NCBI GenBank assembly: GCA_018398765.1
Contig: JAHBMJ010000494.1
Location: forward strand, 1-46,383
Direction of reading: 5' to 3'
From: Chromera velia
Lineage: Eukaryota
DNA length: 46,383 bases
Shown: positions 1 through 12,892 of the stretch, piece by piece
Layout: each line of letters opens with the position of its first letter
Numbering within the stretch: position 1 is the first letter of the stretch
Notes under the pieces: generated by a model
Seen by the model: the letters and a program-made list of their open reading frames with translations, nothing else
What the model was told of the DNA's origin: nothing
Database searches by the model: none
Position numbers and translations under genes: made by a program

Positions 1-1975
1 TGGGACAGCACCATCCCCTTACTATTTCGGATCTTCTTTGGGGGAGCACCGCCCCCTCACTTATCCGCATCTTCACTGGGGCAACACCGTCCCCTCATTG
101 TTTTAGATCTTCTTTGGGGGAGCACTGCCCCCTCACTCTTCCGCATCTTCTTTAGGGCAGCACCGTGATGGTCCCTTCACTGTATCGGATCTTCTTTAGG
201 GGAGCACTACCCCCTCGTTCATCTGTATCTTCTTTGGGGCAGCACTGCCTCTCCACGGTTTTCGGAATCCGATCTTCTTTGGGGGATCACCGTCCCTTTA
301 CCTTTTTGGAGCGCCTTTGAGATAGCAGCATCCCCTCGCCTTTTCCGATCTTCTTTGGGGGAGCACTGTCCCTTGCCCTTTCGCATCATCCTTGGAGGAG
401 TATGCACAGTGACTATCCCCTCACCTTTTCGGTTTTCCTTTAGGGGAGCACAGTCCCTTCACCTTAAAGTTTTCGCATCTTCTTTGGGGGAGCACAGTCC
501 CCTCACCTTTTTGGTTTTCCTTTGGGGGAGCACAGTCCCCTTACCTTTTCATATCATCGTCGGGAGACTAGTCAGGAAAACACAGTCCCCTCACCTTTTC
601 GGATCTTCTTTGGGGCCGCACCGTCCCCTCGTGCCTTTTCCGATCTTCTTCGGGGTAACACCGCCCTCTCGCCTTTTCCGAATCGGATCTTCTTTGGGGC
701 TGCACCGTCCCCGCACCGTTTCCGATCTTCTCTGGGGGAGCACGGTGACCGCCCCCTTGCTCTTTCGCATCTTTGTTGGGGCAACACCGTCCCCTCATTG
801 TTTCGGATCTTCTGTGGGGGAGCATTGCCCCCTCACTCATCCACATCTTCTTTGGAGTGGCACCGCCTCCTCATCGTTTCGGATCTTCTGTGAGGGATCA
901 TCGTCCCTTTGCCTTTTTGGAGCGCCTTTGGGGGAGCAATATCCCTCGCCCTTTCGTATCGTCCTTGGGGGAGCACAGTTCCCTCACCTTTTCGGTTTTC
1001 CTTTGGGGGAGTACAGTCCCCTCACCTTTTCAGATCTTCTTTGTATAGGCGTCTTTAGGAGAGCATAGTCCTCTCACCTTAAAGTTTTCATATCATCGTT
1101 AAGGGAACACAGTTCCCTCACCTTCTTGTATCATCTTTGGGGGAGCAGTGGAGCACAGTCCCCTCACCTTTTCGCACCATCTTTAGAGGAGAACAGTCCC
1201 CTCACCTTCTCGTATCATCTTTGAAGGGGCACAGCCCCCTCCTAGGTCCCCTCACCTTTTCGCATTATCGTTAGGGGATCGAGCACAGCCCCCTCACCTT
1301 TTCGCATCATCTTTGCGGGAGCACAGTCCACTCACCTTTTCATATCATCTTTAGGGGAGCACAGTCCCCTCACCTTTCCGGATCTTCTTTGGGGAAGCAT
1401 AGTCCCCCTAACTTTTCACATCATCTTGGGGGGAGCACAGTCCTCTCACATTCTTGCATCATCTTTGGGGCGACAGAGTCCCCTTACTTTAAAGTTTTCG
1501 CTTCATCTTTAGGGTAGCACAGTCCCCTCACCATTCCAGATCTTCTTTGAGGGAGCATAGTCCCCTCACCTTTTCGCATCATGTTTAGGGTAGCACAGTC
1601 CTCTCACCTTTCTGGATCTTCTTTCAAGGAGCACAGTGTCAGTCCCCTCACCTTTTGAACCTTCCGTGGGGGTGCACCATCCCTCTCTTTTTCGGTTCTT
1701 CTTTAAAACAGCACAGCTCCTCACCTTTTTGGTTCCTTTTTAGAGGAGCATAGCCCCTTCGCCTTTTCGGGTCCTCTTTAGAGGAATTCGATCACAGTCC
1801 CCTCTCCATTGCGGTTCTTAGTTTCGGTTCGGTTTTGAAGAGCACAGTCTCTCACCTTTCTTGATCTTCTCTAAGAGAAACACCCTTGAAAACAGTGTTA
1901 CCATCTTTAGGATCGGCTTCGGGACAGCGCAGTCCCCTTGTCTTTCTAATCTTCTTTGGGGCAGTACCGTTCTCC
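1..1975. repeat. Minisatellite, ~33-36 bp unit (approx. GGGGAGCACAGTCCCCTCACCTTTTCGGATCTTCTTT)
   Basis: Head-to-tail diverged copies with an internal GGGGA-N6-TCCCC mini-palindrome and no unique spacers; runs off the left edge. Confidence 0.93.
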
Positions 1976-3039
1976 TGCCCTCTGGCTTCCTTTTCATCAG
2001 AATTGGTCAGAGAGGCACAAGCCTTCCTCTCTATGCCCAACAGTACTCATTATGGCCCATGCAAAGTCTGACATCCCCCGGCTTTTGAATTGCTCCCGTG
2101 GGAGTCTACATCCCCTTGCGCCTTCGGCCTCCGTAGCAGCACCACCCTGAGTTCGTAGGCTCATAGCCTCTCCCCAGCTCATGGCTCGACGCTCTTTTCT
2201 TTGACCCGCTGCTCAGACAGGAGGAGGGCTTCGTTGCTTTCCCACCTTGGTCAGTCTGACTCATCAGGACTTCACTTCCCCTCACTATTTGCCAAGTCTG
2301 AGAGAGCAGCAGGCCTCTCTCTCCCACTCTCCGCCCAGGCAACACCATAACCAAATCTCCGTCACCTTCCAAACAAGCCGCCGTTTGACTACACCTCTTC
2401 CACTCTTTGCCAGGTAATAGCATGATGGCACCTCTTTCATTCTTTGCTCAGGTAGCAGCTAGCATGCCTGCATACTCCTGAGGGGCCCCGACTATCTGCT
2501 CAGGCACCAATTACCTGCATCTCTCCGTGGGGCAATACCTGCTCCGGCTTCAGCATGAGTATATTTCTCTCACCCTGCATCTCTCTGTTCAGGCAGCAGC
2601 ATGCCCACATCTCCTTCATTTTTTGGGAATCTTTGCTTCAGCAGCAGTACGCATACACCACTTTGACCCTCATTCTCCGCTGAGGCCTGATTTTATCTCT
2701 TTCACTCTCTACTCTGGTAGCAGTACGACTGCATCTCTTTCATTCCTTACCCAGTCGACAGCAGGACTGCATCTCTGTCACTCCTTACTCACGAGCAGCC
2801 TGACTGCATCTCTTTCTTAAATTAGATCTCTTTCACTCTCCGAGTCGGCCCAGGAGCAGCACGACCGCATCTTCCCTTCTCTGCTCAAGCAACCGCACGA
2901 CTAAATCTCTCTCGCTCTCGACCCAGGCAGCAGCATATTGAATCTCTTGCACTCTTCGGTCAAGCAGCAGCATGCCTGTACCCCTCTTACCCTCTACTCA
3001 CGGGCAGCCTGATTGCACCTCTCTGCCCAGTGCTGCCTA

Positions 3040-4023
3040 CCGGTTGTCCAGTAATTCTTTCAAATACTAGATTTATTGTAGCTTAAGAAATAGGCCACGC
3101 CAGAAGCTGATTTTTTTTGTAGTAAATTTCCCACGATATGGCATTGAATGAAAGCAAAAAAAGCTTCGTACGACTAGGGTGGCTTAAGCAAATTTTTGAA
3201 CCTGTTGTAAAAAATTCATATTTTTTATTTGGAGACCTCATTTTTTCTAGATTTTTTTTTTCGCTTTCTAGAAGGTTTGATGACCATCTAAGCCAGATTT
3301 CTAGGACTCGGGACAACACCGTTCCCTCATTGTCTCGGATCTTCTTTGGAAGAGCACCGCCTCTTCGCTCATCCGCATCTCTTTTGGGACAACACCGTCC
3401 CCTTACTGTTTCGGATCTTCTTTGGAGGAGCACCGCCCTCTTGCTCATCCGCATCTTGCCGCATCTTCGCTGGAACAACAGCGTCCCCTCATTGTTTCGT
3501 ATCCCTTTTGGGGGAGCACTGCCTCCTCGCTCTTCTGCATCTTATTTGGGGCAACACCGTCCCCTCACTATAATTTTGGTTCTTTTTGGGAGGAGCACCG
3601 CCTCCTTGCTCTTCTATATCTTGTCGCATCTTCGCTGGAGCAACACCATCCCCTCATTGTTTCGTATCCCTTTTGGAAGAGCACCGCCTTCTCGCTTATC
3701 TGCATTTTATTTGGGGCAACACCGTCCCCTCACTATAATTTTGGTTCTTTTTGGGAGGAGCACCGCCTCCTTGCTCTTCCACATCTTCTTTGGGACAGCA
3801 CCATCCCCTTACTATTTCGGATCTTCTTTGGGGGAGCACCGCCCCCTCACTTATCCGCATCTTCACTGGGGCAACACCGTCCCCTCATTGTTTTAGATCT
3901 TCTTTGGACTCCCGGCTATAAGTTGAATAACATGGTTTCCTAGCATGGTTTCTTTTGAGTTTTTGTTTCTGACTCACATGATTTTTTGTTTATTTTTTGT
4001 AGCTACAATTACTGGACAACCGG
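3040..4023. mobile_element. Non-autonomous Tc1/mariner-type element, TA TSD
   Basis: Perfect 17-bp TIRs CCGGTTGTCCAGTAATT (3040-3056, 4007-4023). TA at 3038-3039 and 4024-4025. The paralogous empty site TGCTGCC-TA-GGTAGC lies at ~10026-10040. Confidence 0.9.
3310..3905. repeat. Inserted block of the 33-36 bp minisatellite inside the mariner-like element
   Basis: Flanked by GGACTC (3304-3309, 3906-3911). 3791-3907 is identical to window 1-117. Confidence 0.85.
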
Positions 4024-4865
4024 TAGGCAGCAGCACGACTGCATCTTTCCCTCTATGCTCAGGTAGTGGCATGACTGCACCTTTCTCTCTTTGCTCAGTA
4101 AATCTCTCTCACTCTCTGCTCAGATAGCAGCATGACTACATCTCTTGCATTTTGCCGTCAAGCAACAGCACGTCGGTACTTGTTTTATTCTTCCGTCAGG
4201 CAGCAGCATCCCTGCATCTCTCGCGCTCCTAGTGCAAGCAACATATCTCTTCTCCATTATTCTTCATGCGGGCAGCAGCATAACTGTACGCATCTCTCAC
4301 AGTTTTTTGTACAGGTAGTACATCTCTTGATCCTCTTTCATTCTCTGCTCCGGCACTGCCAGTAGCAATACCATCACTGTAGCTCTGTCACTCTCTGCTC
4401 TGGCAGCCGCATAGCTGCATGTACCTCAGACTTTCACTCTCTCCTCCGACATCAGCATGACCGCATCTCTTTCATTCGATCTCCTTAGGCAACAGCAGGA
4501 CCATATCTCTTTCACTTTGAAATTTGGCTCTGGCAGCTGCATGACTTTACCCCTTCCATTCTTTGTGCAAGCAGCAGCATGACCGCCTCTCTTGCACCCT
4601 CTGTTTTGTCAGCAGTAGGACTGTGCCTCTTTCGTTTTCTGCTCCAGCAGCAGCATGACTTCATCTCTTCTATTCTTGTTTGCGTGGGCAGTAACATCAT
4701 TATCATGATGACTGCACCTCTCTCATTTTTTGCTCCAACAGCAGCAGGACCGTGCCTCTTTCACTTTCTGCCCTAGTAGCAGCTTGACTTCATCTCTTCC
4801 ATTCTTTTTTGCGCCAACAGCAGCATGACCGCCTCTCTTGCATCCTCTGCTCTGGTACTAGCAGA

Positions 4866-6023
4866 TAGGGAGGTGAAATGCTTTTAGCATGGGGNGGGGG
4901 GGGGGGGGGGCCGTGCTGCACGGCTTCGTCGCGCGGTAGCACGGCCCCTCCCCGTGCCGCAAAAAAAGGCTTCCGCACGGTACGGCCCTGCTAGGCCGTG
5001 CAGCACGGCAGCAGAATTTTCTCTAGTATGCGTTATGCATGAAGGCTTCTGAGGATGATGGACAATCTTCCTCTCACTTTCCCCTCCTTACTAGACTCAC
5101 CCTTCTGCAGCGCGACTTCCCGTCCTCCCGCCGTATGTTTGTCTTCCTCCTGTGCAGCAAGTCATCCTCCGGTGTTCCTTCCGTCTCTGCCCTTCCCCAT
5201 TCTGCCCTGTCGGTTACGGATGGCTCGATCTTTTCTTTTTTGCGCATACTGACATATAACCCGATGGGCGGGTAAGGTGGGCGGCCTGTTGGTTATTCTG
5301 ATAGAAAGCTCTGCACCTATGAAGCCTGCTGCCGGTGTGTAGATGATTTTATTCATCGGCTCTCTGTCTGCTCCCGATGGACTGCCGAACAAGGCTTTTT
5401 ACAGTGGTTGGCATTAATTCAATCAGACCGCTTCACTCGTTGTAACTCACCCTTTGCATCCACCTCTTTTTCTGATCTGGGGGTTCGCAAGTTCATCACA
5501 TCGCTCTTGCATTCTCAACCCTCTCTCTTCTTTATGATTTCTTGCCATATTGTAGTAAATGATTGATTAGATTAAATTTGAATAACTGTTGTCCACTTAG
5601 CTTGCAGCTGGCATAATTGAACAGACCCATGCTTGTATGCGCCGCCCGGGAGTTCTAATTCCACCTAGGGTTTGGCATCAATCAATCAATCAATCATGCT
5701 TTCTTAGCTCAGTCTTCGCGATATCAAGAGGACAAGTGTAGCCGAGCATCAAGCCAAGCGCTACCAGACCTGTCTACAGCTAGAGGTACACAACTCGGAA
5801 GTTGAAAGAAGTTGAGGCTAGACGGGGGGGTCGTTGCCATTCTAAAGGGGGCGATTGTTCATCCAGAGTCCTTCTGGCTAGCTTTAATAGTCTACTACAC
5901 GGTATAGCCCCCTCCTTGTTCTACGAACCTGGACCGCGCTCCATGCGGCCCGGGGAGGGGTCCCGTGTGGCTGGCAAGCCAGCCGCGCAGACTGGGACTC
6001 CCCCCCCTGATGTCATCCCCCTA
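4866..6023. mobile_element. Non-autonomous hAT-like element (TAGGG...CCCTA), copy 1
   Basis: Imperfect TIRs TAGGGAGGTGAAAT / ATGTCATCCCCCTA, CCGTGC/GCACGG subterminal repeats, and a degenerate offset 8-bp TSD (TACTAGCA/TAGTAGCA). Second copy at 10871-11377. Confidence 0.65.
5039..5695 (+). mobile_element. Probable 5'-truncated non-LTR retroelement insertion with (ATCA)n tail
   Basis: Absent from the paralog (~11047-11050). Flanked by an ATGC duplication (5035-5038, 5696-5699) and ends in (ATCA)5. No RT motif seen. Confidence 0.6.
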
Positions 6024-6039
6024 TAGTAGCAGGCATATG

Positions 6040-6645
6040 AGCAGAAAGAACGAACTCTGGGAGGCAGTCAGACATACAAGAAGGCCGAACTTGGAAAGAC
6101 AGTCAGACCAGCAGGAAGAACAAAATTAGGAAGGCCATCGGGCAAGCAGGATGACTGAAATTAGGAGGCGTTAGGAGGAAACTTAGGCGGGAAGGAAGGC
6201 CGAAATAGAGAAGGCAATCAGGGAGGCAGGAAAGTCAAAATTAGGAAGGCAACCAGACAGGCAGGAAGGCTGAAATGGCGAAGTCAGTCAGGCAGATAGA
6301 AAAGCCAAAATTTGGAAAGCATTGAGGCAGACAGAAAGACCGAAATTTGGAGGGCAATCAGGCAGGCAAAAAGGCTGAAATTGGAAAACAGTCAGCTTAG
6401 CAGGAATGCAAAACTCTGGAAGGCAGTCAGGCAGGTAAGAAGGCCAAAATTAGGAAGGCAATCGGGCAGGCAGGAAGACCGAAATTGGGAGTGCGGCGAA
6501 AGCCGAAATTAAGAAGGCAATAGGGTGGGCGGAAAGGCTGAAATTGGGAAGGTATTTAGCTAGACAATGCCAGACAGAAAGGCCAAAATCTGGAGGGCAG
6601 TCAAACAAGCAAGAAGGGCAAAATTTCGGAGGCAGTCAGGCCGGT
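6040..6645. repeat. Purine-rich ~32 bp minisatellite (AGGCAGTCAGGCAGGCAGGAAGGCCGAAATTGG-like)
   Basis: Repeated GGCAATCAG/GGCAGTCAG ... GGCCGAAATT motifs at ~32 bp period. Confidence 0.8.
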
Positions 6646-7006
6646 AGAAAAAAACACAGGCTCGGCACGTAGGAGCGCTGCTCCCTTTCACAGTCTGAAG
6701 ACTGCGGCCTTAACGAAAATGCAAAGACCTACCTCTGGAGGAGTTGAAGAAGGAGTGAGACACAAAACAAGCATCTCTTGGAGGAGACCCACGACCTGCA
6801 AAGAGCAGAGGAGGGGGGCAGGGGTGAATAACACACGCAAAAGGAGATGACAGTTTTATACCTTACCGAGGGCAGACCAGTCAGTCATTCAGAAACCACA
6901 ATAGCCAGGTTGTAGCCACACAGGAACACTTACAGACATCGTACAAAGCCTTCTGCATACACCAAGAAGGCTCATCTCTGCAAACAAGATTTTTTCAATT
7001 CCTTTA

Positions 7007-7246
7007 CTGGGAGGGGGGGGTGGACCCTCTCGTAGGGGTACAAAACAACCGACTTTTATACCCCTGGTAGAGGGGGGGGGTCCGACCTGCTCTGTAGGTT
7101 TGCATCCAAAATGTGTCTAGGAAACACTCCTAAACACATTTTGGACATAAACCTGCAGAGCAGGACCTGGTCGGACCCCTCCCCTCTACCAGGAGTACAA
7201 AATTCGGTCGTTTTGTACCCCTATGAGAGGGTCCAGCCCCTCCTGT
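7007..7246. mobile_element. ~240 bp fold-back MITE (near whole-length palindrome)
   Basis: The left arm (GGACCCTCTCGTAGGGGTACAAAACAACCGA...CCAAAATGTGTCTAGGA) pairs with the right arm (TCCTAAACACATTTTGG...TCGGTCGTTTTGTACCCCTATGAGAGGGTCC). TA on both flanks. Confidence 0.8.
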
Positions 7247-10200
7247 TACTAGTTGAACGACATAAAACGAACTGACCTGATTGAGCGATCTAAACCAGTC
7301 TGGCAACCCTTTTAATTGTCGTACAACTCCTTTGCACCGAAGCAACCACTCCCACGAGCAACCAGAGGTGTTCAGCCAACACAGATACCGGAGGGGGACG
7401 AAACTCCCGAATCTGTAACCCCTCCAAAAATGAGGTTCTGGAACAACAAGCTGAATACGATTTTATTGTTGTTAAGCTTTCCAATACAATCCAATGGAAT
7501 GCTTGACAATGAGATTTTATGGATAGAGGCCCATTCTGTTGACCCGACTTTCTGACTGGAGGAAAACTTTCTGAAGACCTGACTGAGAATTTTTTAGATC
7601 GGCATTTTGATGGGTCAGCGCGCAGCCAAGTAATGCTTTTTGGCCTTCATGGCCGGCTAGACCCTGGCCCGTAACGCGTAGCTTGCCTTCCGGGGCCGTT
7701 ACATGATTGGTCGATCTAAAATCGGCTCCCAAAATCGGCTTTCCGTCGAATGTTTCAAGTCGATCAGAGCATGACCTAGTACTACCTCTCTCCTATCATA
7801 TACACTTGCTCTCCAGCGATGAAAGTAGGCTTTATCGAAAGCCCAGAGGATTGGTTTCTTTGCTTTTTCTTGGGTTTATGACGTTCACTCTACTGGTTGC
7901 CCTGAGAGGGCAATTTCGATCTTCCATCACGAAGGGCACGGCCCGTCTCCACGCAAGAGGGCCTACAAAGTTACCCCAGTAAAGCTTCCATTGAATCTTT
8001 TCCATGCGTACGCTCTAACAAGCTCTAGATGAGGAGTTGGAAAGGCTTTTTGGATGAGGGGACTAGCTCTGGGTGGCCAAAAGGTGAGCCATTTTATGAA
8101 TTTTTATATATCTGTGCTGCAGGTCAGACTGAGCCTTTCTCAGAGGACCGTTTATTGGTGCTTGGATTTCGTGAAAAAGCATTACTGCTGGTAATCTCGG
8201 GTGATCTGAAGTTATGAGAGTGAGGCGCAGCTCTTATTTGTATGAGAATTTGGAGGTAGGGCTCCTGGGTAGACTAAGACCCAGTGGCCAGTGCCGGGCC
8301 TCACCCAGAAAAAACAAGAACGCTATGATGACTGGTCGTGGGCAAGGCCCTCTGGCTAGAGGCCATGGATCGATTAGGCTTTCAGAAGCTAAGTATTTAC
8401 CTCTTGTACGGTCATAGTACTCAACATTTGTTTGGTTGAACTGCTTTTTGTGGGTGTCAAATCGGCAGATCTGTTTGTGGACATTGATTCTTACCTTTTA
8501 TGGGGGTTACCCGCTGTGTGCTCCCTCCTTATATCAGTGTGCGGATTCGGCGTATTCCATTAGAAGTAAAAGTTAGCTTGTTTATACATTACACTGCGTA
8601 TTGTCACATGCTTGCAGAGTTTGCAATCAGTCCCCGACATATCAATATACTATAACTCTTTCACCTCACTCACGTCCAACAATTTCTAACATACATACCA
8701 CAAACCCATTAAACCTTATCTTTAAAAGTTGTTCATACTTTCATACAGGTAAGAAACAATAAATAGAATCATTCTAAGTGCTTTAAAGACTTCGTTTTTT
8801 ATATATAAAATTTACTGTGATACATAGAAAATTAAAAGTCACTTTCTAGTATAACAGTTTCAATTGTTAGTACAGTTAGTTTTTCTGCTCCGGCAATTAT
8901 AGCCTGACTTCATTTCTTTCATTCTTTATGCAAGCAGCAGTATGACCGCCTCTTTTGCATCCTCTGCTCCGGTAGCAGCAGAACCGGATCACACATTCAT
9001 TCCTCAGTCTTCTGCACACTGCGTTCTTCTTGTTTCTGAGCATTCAATCCTTATACTCCCCTGACTACACGCATTCTGCTTGCCCTTGAGCACATTCTCG
9101 TCTTCTGTCACCATGCACTGCATTTTTCTTGCCCCAGTGAATGAGCACACTCTGTTTACATGCCAATACGCACACGATTATTACCGAGCCAGACAGTCTG
9201 AGTGAGAACCCTCATACTTCGGAGTATCTTCGGTCTTTGTGTCTCTTTTCACATGTTTTTATTGATGCTGCTTTACCTAAACGCATTCTGTTCTCGAGTT
9301 CCTCCACACACATTTTTTCTTCTATCGTGCATACCCTGTTTTGTCCCTCAATATCTAAGCCGTCCTCGTGAACGCATTTTGTAGTCTTTGGCCATATGAG
9401 TCGTCGAAGAATTTTTGGGATCAAAGCAAAGACTAGAGCAAAGAACTCAGGCCAATGCACCTATGGCAAGAACCCTCGCGCTTCATCCCTCTGCATTCTT
9501 TTCTTCTTGCACATGATGACGGGCAAAAATCCTTATCTGCATCTCTTTTTGCTTGCACCCAGATGAGGGCAAAGATCCCTCTCTGCAATCATTCCTTCTT
9601 ACAGACAACATCTCCTTCATTCTTTGGGAATCTTTGCTTCGGCAGCAGTACGCATACACCACTTTGACCCTCATTCTCCGCTCAGGCCTGATTTTATCTC
9701 TTTCACTCTCTACTCCGGTAGCAGTACGACTGCATCTCTTTCATTCCTTACCCAGTCAACAGCAGGACTGCATCTCTGTCACTCTTTACTCACGAGCAGC
9801 CTGACTGCATCTCTTTCTTAGATTAGATCTCTTTCACTCTCAGCCCAGGAGCAGCACGACTGCATCTTCCCTTCTCTGCTTAGGCAACCGTATGACTAAA
9901 TCTCTCTCACTCTCGACTCAGGCAGCAGCATATTGAATCTCTTGCACTCTTTGGTCAGGCAGCAGCATGCCTGCACCCCTCTCACCCTCTACTTACGGGC
10001 AGCTTGATTGTACCTCTTTGCCCAGTGCTGCCTAGGTAGCAGCACGACTGCATCTTTCCTTCTATGCTCAGGCAGCGGTATGACTGCACCTTTCTCTCTT
10101 TGCTCAGTAAATCTCTCTCACTCTCTGCTCAGACAGTAGCATGACTACAAATCTTACATTTTACCGTCAAGCAACAGCACATCGGCACTTGTTTCATTCT

Positions 10201-10870
10201 TCTATCAGGCAGCAGCATCCTTGCATCTCTCGCGTTCTTGTTGCAAGCAACACATCTCTTCTCCGTTATTCTTCACGCGGGCAACAGCATGACTGTACAC
10301 ATCTCTCACAGTTTTTTGTACAGGTAGCATATCTCTTGATCTTCTTTCATTCTCTGCTCCGGCACTGCCAGTAGCAATACCATGACTGCACCTCTGTCAC
10401 TCTCTGCTCTGGTAGCCATATGGCTATATATATCTCTTTCACTCTCTCCTCCGACAGCAGCATGACCGCATCTCTTTCATTCGATCTCCTTGGGCAACAG
10501 CAGGACCGTATCTCTTTTACTTTGAAATTCCACTCTGGCAGCTGCATAATTTTATCCCTTCCATTCTTTGCGTAAGCAGCAGTATGACCGCCTCTCTTGC
10601 ACCCTCTGTTTTATCAGCAGTAGGACTGTGCCTCTTTCACTTTCTGCTCCAGCAGCAGCATGACTTCATCTCTTCTATTCTTGTTTGTGTGGGTAGCAAC
10701 ATCATTATCATGATGACTGCACCTCTTTCATTTTCTGCTCCAACAGCAGCAGGACCGTGCCTCTTTCACTTTCTGCCCTAGTAGCAGCTTGACTTCATCT
10801 CTTCCATTCTTTTTTGCGCCAACAGCAGCATGACCGCCTCTCTTGCATCCTCTGCTCTGGTACTAGCAGA

Positions 10871-11377
10871 TAGGGAGGTGAAATGCTTTTAGCATGGGGG
10901 GNNNNNNNNGGGGGGGGGGGGGGCCGTGCTGCACGGCTTCGTCGCGCGGTAGCACGGCCCCTCCCCGTGCCGCAAAAAAAGGCTTCCGCACGGTACAGCC
11001 CTGCCAGGCTGTGCAGCGCGGCAGCAGAATTTTCTCTAGTATGTATTATGCTTTCTTAGCTCAGCCTTTGCGATATCAAGAGGATAAGTGCAGCTAAGCA
11101 TCAAGCCAAGCGCCACCAGACCTGTCTATAGCTAGAGGAACACAACTTGGAAGTTGAATGAAGTTGAGGCCAGAGGGGGGGGTCGTTGCCATTCCAAAAG
11201 GGGCAATTGTTTGTCTACAGTCCTTCTGGCTAGCTTTAATGGTCTACCGTGCGGCATGGCCCCCCTCTTGTACTACGAACCTGGACTGCGCTCCACGCGG
11301 CCCGGGGGGTGAGATCCCATATGGCTGGCAAGCCAGCCGTGCGAACCGGGACCCCCCCCCCCGATATTACCCCCCTA
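10871..11377. mobile_element. Non-autonomous hAT-like element (TAGGG...CCCTA), copy 2
   Basis: Same sequence and insertion site as 4866-6023 but without the 657-bp insert. Contains an N gap in a poly-G run (10902-10909). Confidence 0.65.
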
Positions 11378-11623
11378 TAGTAGCAGGACCGTGCCTCTTT
11401 CACTTTTTGCCCCAGCAGTAGCATGACTTCATCTCTTCCATTCTTCTTTGCACCAACAGCAGTATGACCGCCTCTCGTGCATCCTCTTCTCTGGCAGCAG
11501 CAGGACTGTGCCTCTTTCACTTTCTGCTCCAGCAATTATAGCCTGACTTCATCTCTTCCATTCTTTATGCAAGCAGCAGTATGACCGCCTCTCTTGCATC
11601 CTCTGCTCTGGCAGCAGTAGAAC

Positions 11624-12892
11624 CAGTACATTGAAAGCAATAATTGTAATTGCAATAATTGCAAATAATTGGGAGCAATAATTTATTGCAAGCTCTTAGC
11701 TCATTACAATTTATTGCAATAATTGTATACAATTTCAAAATTGAGAGTCTGAGGTGTTTTATTGGGCTCAAAACTAGTGAAAAACAAGGCTAAACCCGCG
11801 TTATAGGGCGCCAAAGCGATCAAGCATACGTGCGGTGCAAAGTAGGCGTGGTGCGCGCACAGTGCGACTGCTTTGCATGCAATTAAGCCGCGTAGACCGA
11901 CGAAACACATGTACGTGTACGTACAATACTGTTATATATATGTATTTATGGAAACGGCTCGGTCTTCTGTCATTGTCTGTTGTTTGGCAGCTTCAGCCGA
12001 CTAAGTAAAGCAAAGGAGCAGTGAGAAGAGTTCCGAGTTTCTCCTTTCTTTTAACGATGTCATACTGTGGCCTTGCACCAAAACATATTTTTAAACACTT
12101 CTACAAACAGACTCCGTTGCAAGGTAGTGCAGAGACAAACGACAAAAAAGAGGTCATTAAAGGCAAGTATGCCTGTCTGCTCTGCAAAAAGCAGGGTAAC
12201 TCTTCATCATGCACTCTGAAGAAATAGACTACCTTCATATTGCATTCATCTGCATCCATTGTTATGAAATTGCATGCCTTGATACTTTTCTTTGATTTAT
12301 GAATGATACTGAGTAGTGTATAAAAATATTATGGCCTTTGTGTCTTCTCGTTTCTGCTATTGTGTGATCGATTGCATGGATGTTTTCGTGGATATGGCTC
12401 TGTTTGCATGCAGTATACTCATAAAATTGAAGTACTATACGTGCTAGCAGTAAGTTTTTACTGCTTGTACGTACAGTTGCAGAATTTTTATGTTATGAAC
12501 CGTACACGAAAGTGTATTCATATTGTTTATCATTCATATTGAATTTTAAGTTTATATTTTCTATGTTAAAAAATAAAAATAGTTATTGTTAAATATATTA
12601 CAGGTATTAATACCAAGTAATAGCTTAGTAATAAGTTGTATAACTTAGTATAACTCCTTTCAAAGATTTTAAATTCATTTATATAAGTATTAAAATACTG
12701 TACATCACATTAAATATGCACAAAAAAACATAAAAATGTTATTAATAGTCCTTTAAACACCCTAGAGCACCTAGAAAAATTAAATTTTTGTTTTATAGGC
12801 AATTATTAGCAATTAATTGCAACTATTGCAGTAATTGTTTATACAAAACTGATCAAAGCAATTTATTTGCAATTTATTTGCTCAATGTACTG
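11624..12892 (+). mobile_element. Deleted hAT transposon with BED-finger relic
   Basis: Perfect 11-bp TIRs CAGTACATTGA and perfect 8-bp TSD AGTAGAAC (11616-11623, 12893-12900). Empty paralog at ~8976-8990. GCAATAATT-like subterminal repeats at both ends. Confidence 0.92.
12057..12227 (+). pseudogene. Relic N-terminal BED zinc finger of a hAT transposase
   Basis: IFKHF...KYACLLCKK resembles the BED xWxHF...CxxC pattern. Truncated by a stop. Confidence 0.55.

Larger units (their letters stand above)
2440..4865. repeat. Diverged ~36-38 bp GCAGCAGCATGACTGCATCTCT minisatellite, copy A of a local duplication (interrupted 3040-4023)
   Basis: Recurrent GCAGCAGCA(T/C)GAC(T/C)GCATCTCT. 2605-3039 and 4024-4865 align colinearly with ~9605-10870. 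Confidence 0.85.

Noticed and set aside
1..1975. CRISPR-like array of ~35-bp palindromic repeats
   Set aside because: Units are contiguous and divergent with no unique spacers, there are no cas genes, and the context is eukaryotic.
219..4978. Long ORFs (237, 252, 173 aa and others) in satellites
   Set aside because: They are repeat-derived translations open in several frames.
7260..8420. Possible retroelement coding relic
   Set aside because: No recognisable motif in the ORF fragments.
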